Positions 19,631 to 30,340 of a stretch of DNA of 64,000 nucleotides are shown in pieces. The notes under the pieces are model-generated. The model did no database searches. It was not told the origin of the DNA and worked only from the letters and a program-made list of their open reading frames with translations. The translations under genes and the position numbers were made by a program. The DNA is taken from contig JAKAPK010000001.1 of assembly GCA_021807125.1 (NCBI GenBank), positions 182,354 to 246,353 of the forward strand, given 5' to 3'. The DNA comes from Nanobdellota archaeon. GTDB lineage: Archaea > Nanobdellota > Nanobdellia > Parvarchaeales > Parvarchaeaceae. Each line of letters starts with the position of its first letter. Position 1 is the first letter of the stretch.

Positions 19631-20761
19631 ATGGATTTCGATAAACTAAAACAGCCTTCTATATCCAGTGAAGGGGTTAAGACGCCAAATTTCGATGCAA
19701 GTAAGACTAAAGAGTTCGATAAGTCGCTAGAAGACCTTATAATGTCAAAGAGAGCCAGCATAAAAGTTGTCGGTGTCGGTGGTTCTGGCAATAACACCCT
19801 TAATCGTATGTTTGAAGTCGGCATAAAAGGTGCTGAACTTATAGCACTGAATACGGATGCAGCAGATCTTTTGTGCAGTCCTGCCGATAAAAAAATTCTT
19901 ATAGGCAAAGAGTTGACTGGTGGACTTGGTGCAGGAGCAAACCCGGAAGTAGGTGAAGCGGCAGCAAAGGAACAGGAACAGGAGATAAAGGAGTCTTTGC
20001 AAGGTGCAGATATGGTCTTTATATGCGCAGGTATGGGCGGAGGAACGGGAACCGGTGCAGCACCGATAGTCGCTCAGGTTGCTAAGAGATTAGGCGCACT
20101 CACTATAGCCGTAGTAACATTACCGTTCAAAATGGAAGGAAGGCCTAGAAACAATTCTGCAATGAATGGGGTAGAGAAATTAAAGAACATAGTAGATACC
20201 CTTATAGTAATACCAAACGAGAAACTTAGGGCGATAGCGCCTGATTTGCCCCTCGCAATATCTTTTAAAATAGCTGATGATGTGCTTACAAACGCCGTGA
20301 AGGGCATAACAGAGCTTATAACCAGACCCGGTTTGGTAAACGTAGATTTTGCCGACGTGCGCAGAATAATGTCTAATGGCGGAGTCGCGCTTATAGGCTC
20401 AGCTGAAAGTGACGCTAAAGATAAAAGACTTGAAGCTATAGTTGATAAACTTTTGAATAATCCACTGATAGATGTCGATGTATCCAGTGCGAAGGGCATG
20501 CTTATAGATGTCAGCGGAGGGCCGTCTCTGACTTTGGAGGAAGCGAACCGTGCAGTAGAGCTTATAAACTCAAAACTTCCAGAAGACATAAATACAATAT
20601 GGGGTGTGCACATATTCTCCGATCTTAAAACTACAGTGAAGGTTATGGCCATAATAACCGGTGTCACATCAAAACAGATAACTGGTCGCTCCGTAAAGGA
20701 AGAAAAGGACGAAAAACAGAAAAAGGAAGTAGAAGACGAACTTGGCATAAGGTTCCTCTGA
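19631..20761 (+). CDS. ftsZ: cell division protein FtsZ
   Basis: '[10 protein letters not shown]', 'NTDAADL' and '[15 protein letters not shown]' tubulin signature. Confidence 0.95.
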   Translation: MDFDKLKQPSISSEGVKTPNFDASKTKEFDKSLEDLIMSKRASIKVVGVGGSGNNTLNRMFEVGIKGAELIALNTDAADLLCSPADKKILIGKELTGGLGAGANPEVGEAAAKEQEQEIKESLQGADMVFICAGMGGGTGTGAAPIVAQVAKRLGALTIAVVTLPFKMEGRPRNNSAMNGVEKLKNIVDTLIVIPNEKLRAIAPDLPLAISFKIADDVLTNAVKGITELITRPGLVNVDFADVRRIMSNGGVALIGSAESDAKDKRLEAIVDKLLNNPLIDVDVSSAKGMLIDVSGGPSLTLEEANRAVELINSKLPEDINTIWGVHIFSDLKTTVKVMAIITGVTSKQITGRSVKEEKDEKQKKEVEDELGIRFL

Positions 20762-20779
20762 TTTTAAATAGATTAGCAT

Positions 20780-21232
20780 ATGGATACAAACAAAAGCCTC
20801 GCGGATGCAAATAAGAATAGTACCGAAGATAAAGACAATCCGCAGGTAAACGCTAATGAACAGCCTCAACAACCTGCTCAAGACCAGCAAAAACAAACTC
20901 CAGATAGCACGACTAAAGAGACCACAGTGCAGCAGCATCAGCCGCCAACAATGCAGGCAGAAGTTAAGGATGAGCACAAGCAAAAAACCGAGCCAAATAA
21001 GAATGGTCACGGCATAAAATTCAACAATCCATTTTCAAGATTGAAATTACTTAAAATAGCGAATTTGCGCAGTAAACTTGGTTATATATTTTTTGAATAT
21101 AAGAGAGTACTGTCACTCGCAAGAAAGCCCACAAGACGGGAATATAGGGAACTTGCTATAATGGTTATAGTTGGAACATTCATAATAGGTGGTATAGGAT
21201 TCCTAGTGCAAATGCTTATACAATTCATTTGA
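20780..21232 (+). CDS. secE: preprotein translocase SecE/Sec61-gamma with long Q/P-rich N-terminal extension
   Basis: The C-terminal ~60 aa 'YKRVLSLARKPTRREYRELAIMVIVGTFIIGGIGFLVQMLIQFI' form the SecE core. Conserved ftsZ-secE neighbourhood. Confidence 0.75.
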   Translation: MDTNKSLADANKNSTEDKDNPQVNANEQPQQPAQDQQKQTPDSTTKETTVQQHQPPTMQAEVKDEHKQKTEPNKNGHGIKFNNPFSRLKLLKIANLRSKLGYIFFEYKRVLSLARKPTRREYRELAIMVIVGTFIIGGIGFLVQMLIQFI

Positions 21233-21282
21233 AACGCACCTTACAATTCAGATTTAAATACTTTCGATTTATCTATTAATTA

Positions 21283-22698
21283 ATGATTAATAAAGCGCTT
21301 TTACCTTCATTGGTATTGCTTTCATTGCTTTTAGTAGGTACATCACTGGCATTGCAAATAAGCCCGACTAGCATAACAATACCCAGCAACAAGCTTTCAT
21401 ACTACAACATAACTTTTTACAATAATCAGAACGTTACTTTAAACATATCACTAGACACGGCCTTAGCAAAGATAGATTACTCGTATCTGTTCTACAACAT
21501 AGGCGCGAGACCTGATGTTTTCTCATTGGCACCGGGACAATCCCAAAGAGTTCTGTTCTCATTTGGAACAAAAGATATATACTTCTCCTTTCCGATACCA
21601 TTAAATTTTACATACATAGAAAATGGAGTGCAGAGATCCTTCGTCATAAATGCACCGATCCCTCCTCAAAGCGCTTCCAACTCTATTTATATCTATTCAC
21701 TTGTTGCAAACAAGTCTTTGTATCCATACCAGCCTTTGTTCATGACTGTGAACATAATAAACAGCATAGGCCAGTCTGGAGTAGTAGTACCGTTCAACTA
21801 TTCTCTTTCATATAACGGAAACAGGATTTATTCAACGCAAACGCGGTTCGTTTTAAGTGACCTCGGATTAAATCAGTTTAATCTTAGTTTAAACCTAGAC
21901 AATAAGACGCCGTCAGGAACCTATACTTTATTTGTTTCCACAAGTTATAATACGAACATATCACAGCTTTCTCAAAATGTTACTGTATTGCCGTATCATT
22001 TTGCAGTGATAAGCAATAGCTCGACGTTTAATGCGTTTGGCGGTACATCCTCGTTGAGTATAAAGAACGATGGCAATTATCCTCTTCCACTGAACAGCAC
22101 AGTTTTATCTGTGTCGTCGTTCAATTCCATATTCATATCTTCTGAAACTGCATCTATAGGTTCCGTAGTTGGTACGTCTTCAGGATTAATGTCTTCCTTG
22201 GTAGCGCTTGCACCGGGACAGCAGCTCACGATTTCTTATACTGTTTCTTATTTCCCCATATACGCAGCGATCGTGGTTATAATCGCCGCAATTCTTATCG
22301 CTCTCTACTTTAACAGAAAGATCGTCGTTTCAAAGGAAGTTATTGAAAGAAGGGCTTCAGGTGGTTTTATAGACGTGAAACTCGCAGTTAGGATAAAAAA
22401 TATATCCAAGAGGACACTTTCAGAACTGGTAATAACAGACGGTGCGCCGCAAACTGCGTTAAAGGTTTCTATGATGGGGCCAAAGGAAGGGAAAGTCGAA
22501 AGAACTGCACACGGTATGCGCTTCGTTTGGAAAGAACTGGAATTAAGCGCAGGTGACGAGTTGATACTTATGTATGAGATAAAAAGCAAGATTGGTATAG
22601 TCGGAAGCGTTAATCTTTCGCCGGCAGAGTGTACGTTTAAATATGGCAATAAGAGCTATTCAAAGAAATCGAATTCTTTGATACTTAACATTAGGTAA
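21283..22698 (+). CDS. secreted/membrane-anchored Asn-rich (N-glycosylation sequon-rich) protein
   Basis: N-terminal signal-like 'LLPSLVLLSLLLVGTSLA', many N-x-S/T sequons, and one TM segment 'IYAAIVVIIAAILIALYF' followed by a ~130-aa domain. Confidence 0.5.
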   Translation: MINKALLPSLVLLSLLLVGTSLALQISPTSITIPSNKLSYYNITFYNNQNVTLNISLDTALAKIDYSYLFYNIGARPDVFSLAPGQSQRVLFSFGTKDIYFSFPIPLNFTYIENGVQRSFVINAPIPPQSASNSIYIYSLVANKSLYPYQPLFMTVNIINSIGQSGVVVPFNYSLSYNGNRIYSTQTRFVLSDLGLNQFNLSLNLDNKTPSGTYTLFVSTSYNTNISQLSQNVTVLPYHFAVISNSSTFNAFGGTSSLSIKNDGNYPLPLNSTVLSVSSFNSIFISSETASIGSVVGTSSGLMSSLVALAPGQQLTISYTVSYFPIYAAIVVIIAAILIALYFNRKIVVSKEVIERRASGGFIDVKLAVRIKNISKRTLSELVITDGAPQTALKVSMMGPKEGKVERTAHGMRFVWKELELSAGDELILMYEIKSKIGIVGSVNLSPAECTFKYGNKSYSKKSNSLILNIR

Positions 22699-22762
22699 TA
22701 TAAAACACAATAAAAGGCATTTATATTTAGTTATATTATAATCTAAAATATTGATAGTCTAA

Positions 22763-22835
22763 GCCCCGATAGTCTAGTGGCCTAGGATCTACCCCTGTCA
22801 CGGGTGGGACGCGGGTCCGAATCCCGCTCGGGGCG
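22763..22835 (+). tRNA. tRNA-Asp(GUC)
   Basis: Acceptor gccccga/tcggggc plus g. Anticodon arm taccc-ctGTCac-gggtg. T arm gcggg-tccgaat-cccgc. Confidence 0.9.
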
Positions 22836-22969
22836 TTGTGACTAACATTTAGAAGGAAAACTTCTAATCGGTGAAAGAATCAAGTTCGCAACCAATTAAA
22901 CTGTTCGACGCCACTATTGCACTTATTTTTAGCATCAATGTGAAAACTAAGAAGTACGAGTATATTTTT

Positions 22970-23884
22970 CTATTTTAAAACTTTGGACATAAGGCGCTTT
23001 AGTTTTTTAGGATCATGTTCATAGGGTATGTCCTTATTTACAAGGTCAGCAGATATTATCTTGTCATTCGGCATATCGTTCTCTACGAAACCCTTAAGTC
23101 TTCCGTATTTGCTGGTTATCTCCTTAATTTCTGGGTTTTTGTTATTGTATATGATTTTGTCCAATTCTATTCCGTGTTTCTTAAAGGCATCGAAAAAATC
23201 CGAGGTCTTGAACCCGATGGTTTCATTGTCCTTCATCATTATATTACATACGAGTATCTTTTTCGCTTTGGACGCATTTACCGCATCGACAAAACCAGGT
23301 ACAATTACATTGGCTAATATTGAGGAATAAAGGTCGCCTGGACCGAATATTATATAGTCTGCCGATGTTATAGCTTTACTCGCATTTTCGCCTATTCTAA
23401 TAGGTGAATCGAGCCATATGTCAAGCACCCGCAAGTCCTGTTGCAAATCCAAATTGTGTTCGCCGACAAAAACACCCCTGTCGCTTTTTATGACAAGGTT
23501 GCCTTTATAATTTACATCGTCAATAACCGGTACTATTCTTATATTTTTTGCTATGCCCAATGCACATTGTAGATGATCCAAATATTTAGCGCCATATATT
23601 TTTATTGCGGACAGCAAGACAAGATTTCCGACATTATGTTTCTGGCCGTTCACTTCTATTCGATTAGACATTATCTCTTTTAACGCATTGTTTTCGGAAG
23701 CCGCCAGCAGATTAGCTCTGAGATCCCCCAAAGCGTAGATTCCCGATTCACGTCTTATTATGCCGGTAGAACCGCCGGAATCCAGGACCGAAACAACAGA
23801 CGTAGTAAATGAATTCTTTATATCTCGCACGGAAAGAAGAGTGACCTTACATCCGCAGCCTCCAACTATACAAAACTTTTTCAT
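22970..23884 (-). CDS. YvcK/CofD-like (UPF0052) family protein
   Basis: 'VLDSGGSTGIIRRESGIYALGDLRANL' matches the DDGGSSG.LR...GD.RN signature of the YvcK/CofD-like family. Confidence 0.7.
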   Translation of the reverse strand: MKKFCIVGGCGCKVTLLSVRDIKNSFTTSVVSVLDSGGSTGIIRRESGIYALGDLRANLLAASENNALKEIMSNRIEVNGQKHNVGNLVLLSAIKIYGAKYLDHLQCALGIAKNIRIVPVIDDVNYKGNLVIKSDRGVFVGEHNLDLQQDLRVLDIWLDSPIRIGENASKAITSADYIIFGPGDLYSSILANVIVPGFVDAVNASKAKKILVCNIMMKDNETIGFKTSDFFDAFKKHGIELDKIIYNNKNPEIKEITSKYGRLKGFVENDMPNDKIISADLVNKDIPYEHDPKKLKRLMSKVLK

Positions 23885-25140
23885 TTTTTGACTTCCTGCG
23901 CTAATTTCACTATATTTTCCCGTTTTTCATACACAAGATTATCACTTTCAATTGTGCCTTTTATTTGAGTGTCTGCGCCTATTATGCATCTTTGCCCCAC
24001 TATCGTGCCAGGCATTGTGGACACGTTTATTCCCGTATGTACATCATCACCTATTATACAGCCAAGTCCATTGAGTTTCGAATCTACATTCTCGTTCTTT
24101 ATTGTAACCCTTACGTTGTTTCTGTCTATTCTTTTGTTGGCAGTTATAAAGTTCGCGCCTATTCTTACTCTTACGCCTATTATTGAGTCCCCCAAATAAC
24201 CGGAATGTATGTGTGAAGATTTTCCTATTATACTCCTGGCGACTTCGGTGCCGAAACCAACTTCAGAATCGGACTCCATGAATGAGTCCCTTATAAGACA
24301 GTTATCCCCGATGAACGAATTTTTGCCCAGGAAAGACCTCCCTTTTACGGTTGTATTATTGCCTATTTTTACGCCATCGGATACTATTACTGTTTTTTCT
24401 ATTATGGAATTCTTGCCAAGCTTTATCTTTTTTTTGTGTTTTTTATTCGCTTTTAGGAGTACATCATATATTTCTTCCTTTAATGTAAGAAGGTCGTGCG
24501 CATACTTGAGCGAGTGAACGGTTTTGTTTTCTATTATTGCGTTTAATCTCCCGCTATCTGCGTACTGAGCTAATATTTTTTCGAAGGTGTACTCATCGGA
24601 GTTCGGATATACGGAACATCGTTCCATGAATTCCTGATCCAGTTTGTAAACGCCAAGAACAGAACAATTGCCCCCCTGGAACTTCGCCTTTTCTATCAGC
24701 TTTGTTATCTTTCCGTTTTCTACGGAGGCTATCCCTTTTGTAAGTTCATCTCCTTCAGCGTATGTTTTTACAAGTATGCTAGGTGTTTTTGCTTTGAATA
24801 CCACGTTTAATCTCAAGGCAATCTCCAAATGATAAGGCAGTATCACAAGGAACTCGCCTTTAAGCAGATGCTTTGCAGACATTATGGCATCGTGCATGCC
24901 CTTTGCTTCCCGCTGTACAGCGATTTTTACGCGAGGATACTTTTTTGTAAGTGATGACAGCCTGCCGTTCTCTCTGACTACTACAACGACGTTGGTGTTC
25001 TTGTAACTCGAAAGGATATCAAGCATATGCTCGATTATGGGTTTTCCACCCAGTATAAATTCGCTTTTGTGGGCTTTTTCAGAGAATGGAAAGAACCGTG
25101 AAGATTCGCCTGCAGCAAGTACCAACACATTTTTTTCCAT
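23881..25140 (-). CDS. sugar-phosphate nucleotidyltransferase with C-terminal left-handed beta-helix (GlmU-like)
   Basis: 'VLVLAAGESSRF' NTP-transferase motif at the ATG-start N-terminus (the track ORF extends to a GTG at 25200). The C-terminus has hexapeptide repeats. 4-nt overlap with the downstream gene. Confidence 0.75.
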   Translation of the reverse strand: MEKNVLVLAAGESSRFFPFSEKAHKSEFILGGKPIIEHMLDILSSYKNTNVVVVVRENGRLSSLTKKYPRVKIAVQREAKGMHDAIMSAKHLLKGEFLVILPYHLEIALRLNVVFKAKTPSILVKTYAEGDELTKGIASVENGKITKLIEKAKFQGGNCSVLGVYKLDQEFMERCSVYPNSDEYTFEKILAQYADSGRLNAIIENKTVHSLKYAHDLLTLKEEIYDVLLKANKKHKKKIKLGKNSIIEKTVIVSDGVKIGNNTTVKGRSFLGKNSFIGDNCLIRDSFMESDSEVGFGTEVARSIIGKSSHIHSGYLGDSIIGVRVRIGANFITANKRIDRNNVRVTIKNENVDSKLNGLGCIIGDDVHTGINVSTMPGTIVGQRCIIGADTQIKGTIESDNLVYEKRENIVKLAQEVKK

Positions 25141-25268
25141 GATAATTATACGTAGATAACTGATATTATATCGTATTAAAACGTTTAATAGCTTACCCAC
25201 TTACATCCAATAAATAGTCTTACAGCCAAGGAACGCGAAATAAAACGAAAAAACCGTAGATTTGAGTC

Positions 25269-27668
25269 TTATCTTTTGAACTCCGAGAATTTCTTAAATA
25301 AAATCACTTTTATTTCATCTATCGCTAATAGCGATAAAATCGACACCGCGAATACGCTGGCTATCTCACTAATAGATATCGACTGCATAAGTATCCCGAA
25401 ATAAGCCATTACTGCTCCGAGAGCCATCCCGAGAATCGTCGCAAGTAAGAGCGCATTACTGGGCCTAGAATGCCAAAAATGTCCTCTCTCTCTTATACTG
25501 AAAATTGTCAATTCTATACTTACATCGAATACTAAGAAGAGAAACGTCTGAAAAGCAGGAATTCCCATATTAAATATATACAAACCTAAAATCGAGAAGA
25601 TTATCGTTTCTATAAGTAGGAGTCCGCCCATTATGGACGATGCATACACTATCGCATTCACATCCCACGCATCCGGCTTATTTGAATACTGTTCGTTATC
25701 AGTTGCCAACGTTATGCTTGAAACGTCGTTCAAGAACACCAAAGCCACTAATTGCAACGGGAGTATGGGCAAAAACCCGAGTGCTATAAATGCTATACTA
25801 AGAAAAAACACTATTTGTACTATCTTTACAATTTTCATCACTGTATATGTTATCATCCTCTCGAAAATCTTCCTGCTTTCCTTTATAGTGTCTATTATGA
25901 CTCCGAGACCCGGAAGTGTTAACACTACGTTGGCAGATGCTCTTGCTATATCGGTGGCGTTTGACACCGCAATGCCCACCTGTGCCTTTTCAAGAGCAGG
26001 TGCATCATTTATGCCGTCGCCAGTCATTCCGACTGAGAATCCCCCGTTTTGTATGGCATTTACTATTGAGTACTTGTTTTCTGGCAGAACATCCGCAAAT
26101 CCAGCGGCTCTGTTGACGATTGCAGATAGGACTTTGTCTGTCTTGTTCTTTATGCTGTCTATTTCTACTATTTCACCACCCATTCCTATTTCTTTTGCTA
26201 TGTGCCTTGCTATGTAAACGTTATCTCCTGTAAGCATTTTTATAGACAGACCTAATCCGTTCAGTTCCTTTATCAATTGTCCAATGTTTGCTCTTGGTTT
26301 ATCATATAGAGTAAGCAGGCCAGCAAGACGTTTTACAGAACCCTCTTTAATCGAAACGGCAATGGTCCGCAGTCCCCCTTTGGATAGGTTATCTGCTTCC
26401 GCATCCATCTTTTGTTTGACATCTTTGTTCAATCCTTTATTAAGATATGTTACAGATCCCTTTGATATAGTCATTTTTTTGCCCTTGTAGATGACAATCG
26501 CACTAGAACTCTTCGTATCGACGTCAAATGGGATTACCTTTTCTACCTTGTATTTCGTCGTTTTTATCCTGTGAGCTTTTGCATATTCAAGTATGGCATT
26601 GTCTATAGGATCCTGGTCTTCCTTGCGCACCGTAAGGAGTGCTAACGCAACTACATCTTCAGCCGAAAAACCGTTGTTTGGTACTGGCTCACCCAGTACA
26701 AGACGATTTTCGGTTATAGTGCCGGTCTTATCCAAGCATAGTACATTTATGGTAGAAGCCTCTTCTATTGCGGATAATTTCGTTAGAAGCACACCCTTGT
26801 CTAATAGTTTCCTTGTGCCTAATGCCATAGCTACTGTAAATGCCACCGGCAGCGCTACCGGTACAGAGCCTATCATAAGTACGAGTATGAATGGCACTAC
26901 AGAAGAAAGAGGTTCTGCTATAACAAGTGCATAAATCGCAACTATAACTATAAGGAACGCATTTATGGCCATTATACGTTTTACGATTCCCATTACCGCA
27001 CCCTCTATGCGAGTCTTTGTTTTCGTGTCCTTCACAAGTTCCACTATTTTACCGAAATAAGTATTCTTTCCGGTTGAAAGAACCAATGCGGTGGCTTCAC
27101 CCCTTTTTATAAGCGAACCGGAAAAACAAAGTTTTCCAGTGGTCTTCGTAGAAGGCAGCGATTCACCCGTAAGTACGGATTCGTCCACCATTATTGCTTC
27201 ATTATCTATTATTCTGCAGTCCGCTGGTACTATGTCGCCCGCTTTTAATCGTATTACGTCGCCTGGCACGAGATAAGTTGCCGCCGCATGTATCCACTCG
27301 CCATTTCGCAAAACTATGCTCCTTAGCGTTAGCCTCGCCTTTAATAGCTCTATAGCGCTGGTGGCATGATGTTCTTCGATAAAACCTATTATAGCGTTGA
27401 ATATGAGCATTGCCAGTATTATATAAGTTATCGCATAATCTTCCAGAACATACGAAGCCACCAACGTGAATTCTAACATTACCGGTATTGGTCCGAGGAA
27501 TTTTGAAAGAAACGTGATCAGCGAGCTTTTTTTCTTAGCTTTTATCTCGTTGTAACCGTATGAATCTAGCCTTACTTTTGCTTCCTTCTCGGAGAGGCCA
27601 TTACGGGATGAATCGACAAGCTTGAAAGAATCTTCCAGAGGACTTTTTTCTGTTTTTTCAGTATCCAT
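25269..27668 (-). CDS. P-type ATPase, plasma-membrane H+-ATPase-like (type III)
   Basis: 'TGES', 'CLDKTGTITEN', 'KMLTGDN' and 'MTGDGINDAPALEKAQVGIA'. 799 aa. Confidence 0.88.
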   Translation of the reverse strand: MDTEKTEKSPLEDSFKLVDSSRNGLSEKEAKVRLDSYGYNEIKAKKKSSLITFLSKFLGPIPVMLEFTLVASYVLEDYAITYIILAMLIFNAIIGFIEEHHATSAIELLKARLTLRSIVLRNGEWIHAAATYLVPGDVIRLKAGDIVPADCRIIDNEAIMVDESVLTGESLPSTKTTGKLCFSGSLIKRGEATALVLSTGKNTYFGKIVELVKDTKTKTRIEGAVMGIVKRIMAINAFLIVIVAIYALVIAEPLSSVVPFILVLMIGSVPVALPVAFTVAMALGTRKLLDKGVLLTKLSAIEEASTINVLCLDKTGTITENRLVLGEPVPNNGFSAEDVVALALLTVRKEDQDPIDNAILEYAKAHRIKTTKYKVEKVIPFDVDTKSSSAIVIYKGKKMTISKGSVTYLNKGLNKDVKQKMDAEADNLSKGGLRTIAVSIKEGSVKRLAGLLTLYDKPRANIGQLIKELNGLGLSIKMLTGDNVYIARHIAKEIGMGGEIVEIDSIKNKTDKVLSAIVNRAAGFADVLPENKYSIVNAIQNGGFSVGMTGDGINDAPALEKAQVGIAVSNATDIARASANVVLTLPGLGVIIDTIKESRKIFERMITYTVMKIVKIVQIVFFLSIAFIALGFLPILPLQLVALVFLNDVSSITLATDNEQYSNKPDAWDVNAIVYASSIMGGLLLIETIIFSILGLYIFNMGIPAFQTFLFLVFDVSIELTIFSIRERGHFWHSRPSNALLLATILGMALGAVMAYFGILMQSISISEIASVFAVSILSLLAIDEIKVILFKKFSEFKR

Positions 27669-27943
27669 GTATAAGGAAGCGATGGCTTTCTAGAGATATA
27701 AGTATACCAGCTCAAAGTCAAAAGCACAGGGAGCAGCAAATCAAACCCAGAACATCCACTCTTTTTCACTGATTTTCCTACTTATATGCTAACTGCTAAT
27801 CTGTTGTTTCTCATGACGAGAGCCAACAATATCAGCATATACAGGAAAATCATTCCCAAAATTATTATGCTGTCCATAATCTTTTCCCCACATTCTATAA
27901 TATGAAAGGTCCTAGAATATAAATTTTTCTGCTTTTTATAGCC

Positions 27944-28438
27944 TCATTTCCTGTGGAAAAGACGGATCAATCTTTCGTATACTGCTTCGGGCACGTATTT
28001 TTTTACTGCTTCTTCCCAGCCTTTCGGACCGATAAGTCCTTTAACCACGCTGGAACTGACTTCCGAAAGTTCTTCCGGCGGTATTAGAAAAACAGTATAT
28101 ACTTCCGAATTAAGTGCATAGTTTATCCTGTGCATTCCTTTTTCATATTCATAGTCCTTAGAATTTCTGATTCCTCTAAGGACATAGCTCGCGCCTATGG
28201 ATTTTGCATAATTTACCAGGAACTGCTTTTCAAAGGAATCTACCGTAACATTTTTATTCGTTTTAACAGCTTCTTTCAGCATTTCAAGCCTATCTCCTAA
28301 GGAGAACATTGGTTTTTTTTCGGGGTTCACGCCTACGGCCACAACTAATTCATCGAATAGTTTTGCCCCTTGGGATATCATCCAGACATGCCCGTTTGTA
28401 AGAGGATCGAAACTTCCCGCATACACGCATTTCGTCAT
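27944..28438 (-). CDS. coaD: phosphopantetheine adenylyltransferase, bacterial CoaD type
   Basis: 'VYAGSFDPLTNGHVWMI', 'LRGIRNSKDYEYE' and 'SSSVVKGL' are colinear with the bacterial CoaD motifs (GSFDP.T.GH, RG.R...D.E.E, ISS...). Confidence 0.85.
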   Translation of the reverse strand: MTKCVYAGSFDPLTNGHVWMISQGAKLFDELVVAVGVNPEKKPMFSLGDRLEMLKEAVKTNKNVTVDSFEKQFLVNYAKSIGASYVLRGIRNSKDYEYEKGMHRINYALNSEVYTVFLIPPEELSEVSSSVVKGLIGPKGWEEAVKKYVPEAVYERLIRLFHRK

Positions 28439-28511
28439 AACAATTGTATACTGCGGTTTTAAATATAAATGTCGATTTGGAGTGGTTTCGCACGTATCTA
28501 CTTTCCAGCCA

Positions 28512-29162
28512 TCATTTCCTTAAACTTCTCCAAAGATATATCGCCGCTATTGTACGATAAGGCGCCCAGTCTCCCGATATTTTTTCTATACTTTTTCTTT
28601 CAGGCAAATTTCTAAGTCCGTAAGCTTTTTTTATGGCTTTTCTTATCCCAAGATCATCAGCTGGCAATACGTCCAACCTGCCAAGGTTTGATATAAGGAA
28701 CATTTCGGCAGTCCATCTCCCTATTCCCTTTACAGCATCCAATTCGCCTATTATATCCTCGTTTTCAAGTTTGTTCATTTTTTTTAGTTCCAGAGACCCG
28801 TTCTTAATTCGTTTACAGAGATCCCTAAGGTACAATAGTTTCTGTGGAGATATTCCGGCGGATCTTAATCTTTTTCCGTTGGTTTTTAGTAGTCTTCCCG
28901 GCGATGGGAGTCTACCATCGAATAAGGATTTTAACCGTCTTATTATAGAATCTGCGGCTGAATCCGATATCTGTTGTGATATTATTGCAATAACAAGGGA
29001 TTCATAAGGGTTTCCCCTATGGTAATTTTCCGACAATTTGAAAAGTTCATGGTAATCGATCCCTTTTATCAATTTTTGCATTGTTTTATCGACTTTGCAC
29101 AGGTGCGAAGTTCCCATACTCCATTCTTTTATGTCGGATAAAAGCCGTTTTAAGTGTGCCAT
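28512..29162 (-). CDS. HhH-GPD DNA glycosylase (AlkA / 3-methyladenine glycosylase II-like)
   Basis: 'LDAVKGIGRWTAEMFLI...LPADDLGIRKA' gives the HhH motif, Gly/Pro loop and catalytic Asp. Confidence 0.8.
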   Translation of the reverse strand: MAHLKRLLSDIKEWSMGTSHLCKVDKTMQKLIKGIDYHELFKLSENYHRGNPYESLVIAIISQQISDSAADSIIRRLKSLFDGRLPSPGRLLKTNGKRLRSAGISPQKLLYLRDLCKRIKNGSLELKKMNKLENEDIIGELDAVKGIGRWTAEMFLISNLGRLDVLPADDLGIRKAIKKAYGLRNLPERKSIEKISGDWAPYRTIAAIYLWRSLRK

Positions 29163-29215
29163 AAAAATATGAATTTTATTTAAATAATGACTTTATTAAT
29201 TAAATAGTTCATGAT

Positions 29216-29719
29216 ATGCCGACAAAACGAATGATCATAATGGGGGAAACGCACGGATTTCTTGAGGACAAGCTTAATCAGGCGCGTATAATACGCAGAA
29301 TAAAACCGGGATACGTACTGATGGAACAAGAGTCTTCAGATTCTGATCCAGATGAGACATACGATGCACAAAAAAGAGGCAATCAAGAGCTTCTCTTAGC
29401 GATAAAGGAAACCGGAACCGAGATCATAAGATGCGACGCACAGCTTAATAACGCGCCAGAAAATCGCTTAGCCGCAATGTTATACGTCCTTTTTAACAAT
29501 GGCACGAGGGAAAAGGAGATGGGCTATATAGCTGTCAGCTACTATCAAAAGACCGACTCAAGTATCGTAGTGATAGTGGGAGAAGGCCATGCCAGACAAA
29601 AATCAAAGATATACAAGGTTTTAAGATCTGAAGGAGTCCCTTACGAAGTAGTAAGATCGATTTACAAACCCCAGAACGGCCTAGAAGAAATACTAAAAGG
29701 GTTTATTGACTCAGTTTAA
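29216..29719 (+). CDS. hypothetical protein, possibly ChaN/TIKI-like
   Basis: 'MGETHG' and 'VGEGHAR' pair is reminiscent of the GxxH motifs of the ChaN/erythromycin-esterase/TIKI superfamily. Weak. Confidence 0.35.
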   Translation: MPTKRMIIMGETHGFLEDKLNQARIIRRIKPGYVLMEQESSDSDPDETYDAQKRGNQELLLAIKETGTEIIRCDAQLNNAPENRLAAMLYVLFNNGTREKEMGYIAVSYYQKTDSSIVVIVGEGHARQKSKIYKVLRSEGVPYEVVRSIYKPQNGLEEILKGFIDSV

Positions 29720-29768
29720 CGCTTTATACCCAGCATGTTAATATTATTGATATACGAGGAGTAAGTTG

Positions 29769-30332
29769 ATGAAGCACGATATATCAGGCCGACACACACG
29801 TGAGTTTTCGCATAGGGATTACAAGACATTAAAGCACGAGCTAAACAGGAGAAACGTGCTGATACCGATATTTTTAAGCTCTGTTGCGCTCGTAGCGATA
29901 GTGTTCATTTTACAGGAATTGAACCTTTACATAACCAAAATAAGCGGTTCTTCGGCCCTGATATTTGCATCCTTTGCGAGCAGTGCTTTCACACTCCTTT
30001 TGATGCCTTATTCAAAGGCCGCAAAAAGAAAAAGATTTGTAAAGAGTTATATCATAGCGGCAGTTTTCGGTTATCTTGGTTTCCAGCTTTCAACTTACAT
30101 AAATTTTTATTTTTCGTTCAGCATAGTTTTTTTCGTAGTCTCTCTTTTGTTGTTTGAGACGGACAGTGAACACCCGCCCGCATTAGGGATAGCCGCGGCG
30201 TTCCTATTGTTTGGCGTACCTGCCGAAGGGATAATAACCATAGCGCTTGGCGTAGCATTACTAGTGTTGCTTAAAACCCTTTTCCAGAGACTAGGAGTCC
30301 TTAGTAAGTCAAGCGCATTTAGAGTCAGATAA
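29769..30332 (+). CDS. HPP-family membrane protein
   Basis: Four TM segments and a 'DSEHPPALG' HPP motif. Confidence 0.55.
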   Translation: MKHDISGRHTREFSHRDYKTLKHELNRRNVLIPIFLSSVALVAIVFILQELNLYITKISGSSALIFASFASSAFTLLLMPYSKAAKRKRFVKSYIIAAVFGYLGFQLSTYINFYFSFSIVFFVVSLLLFETDSEHPPALGIAAAFLLFGVPAEGIITIALGVALLVLLKTLFQRLGVLSKSSAFRVR

Positions 30333-30340
30333 CCGGATGT

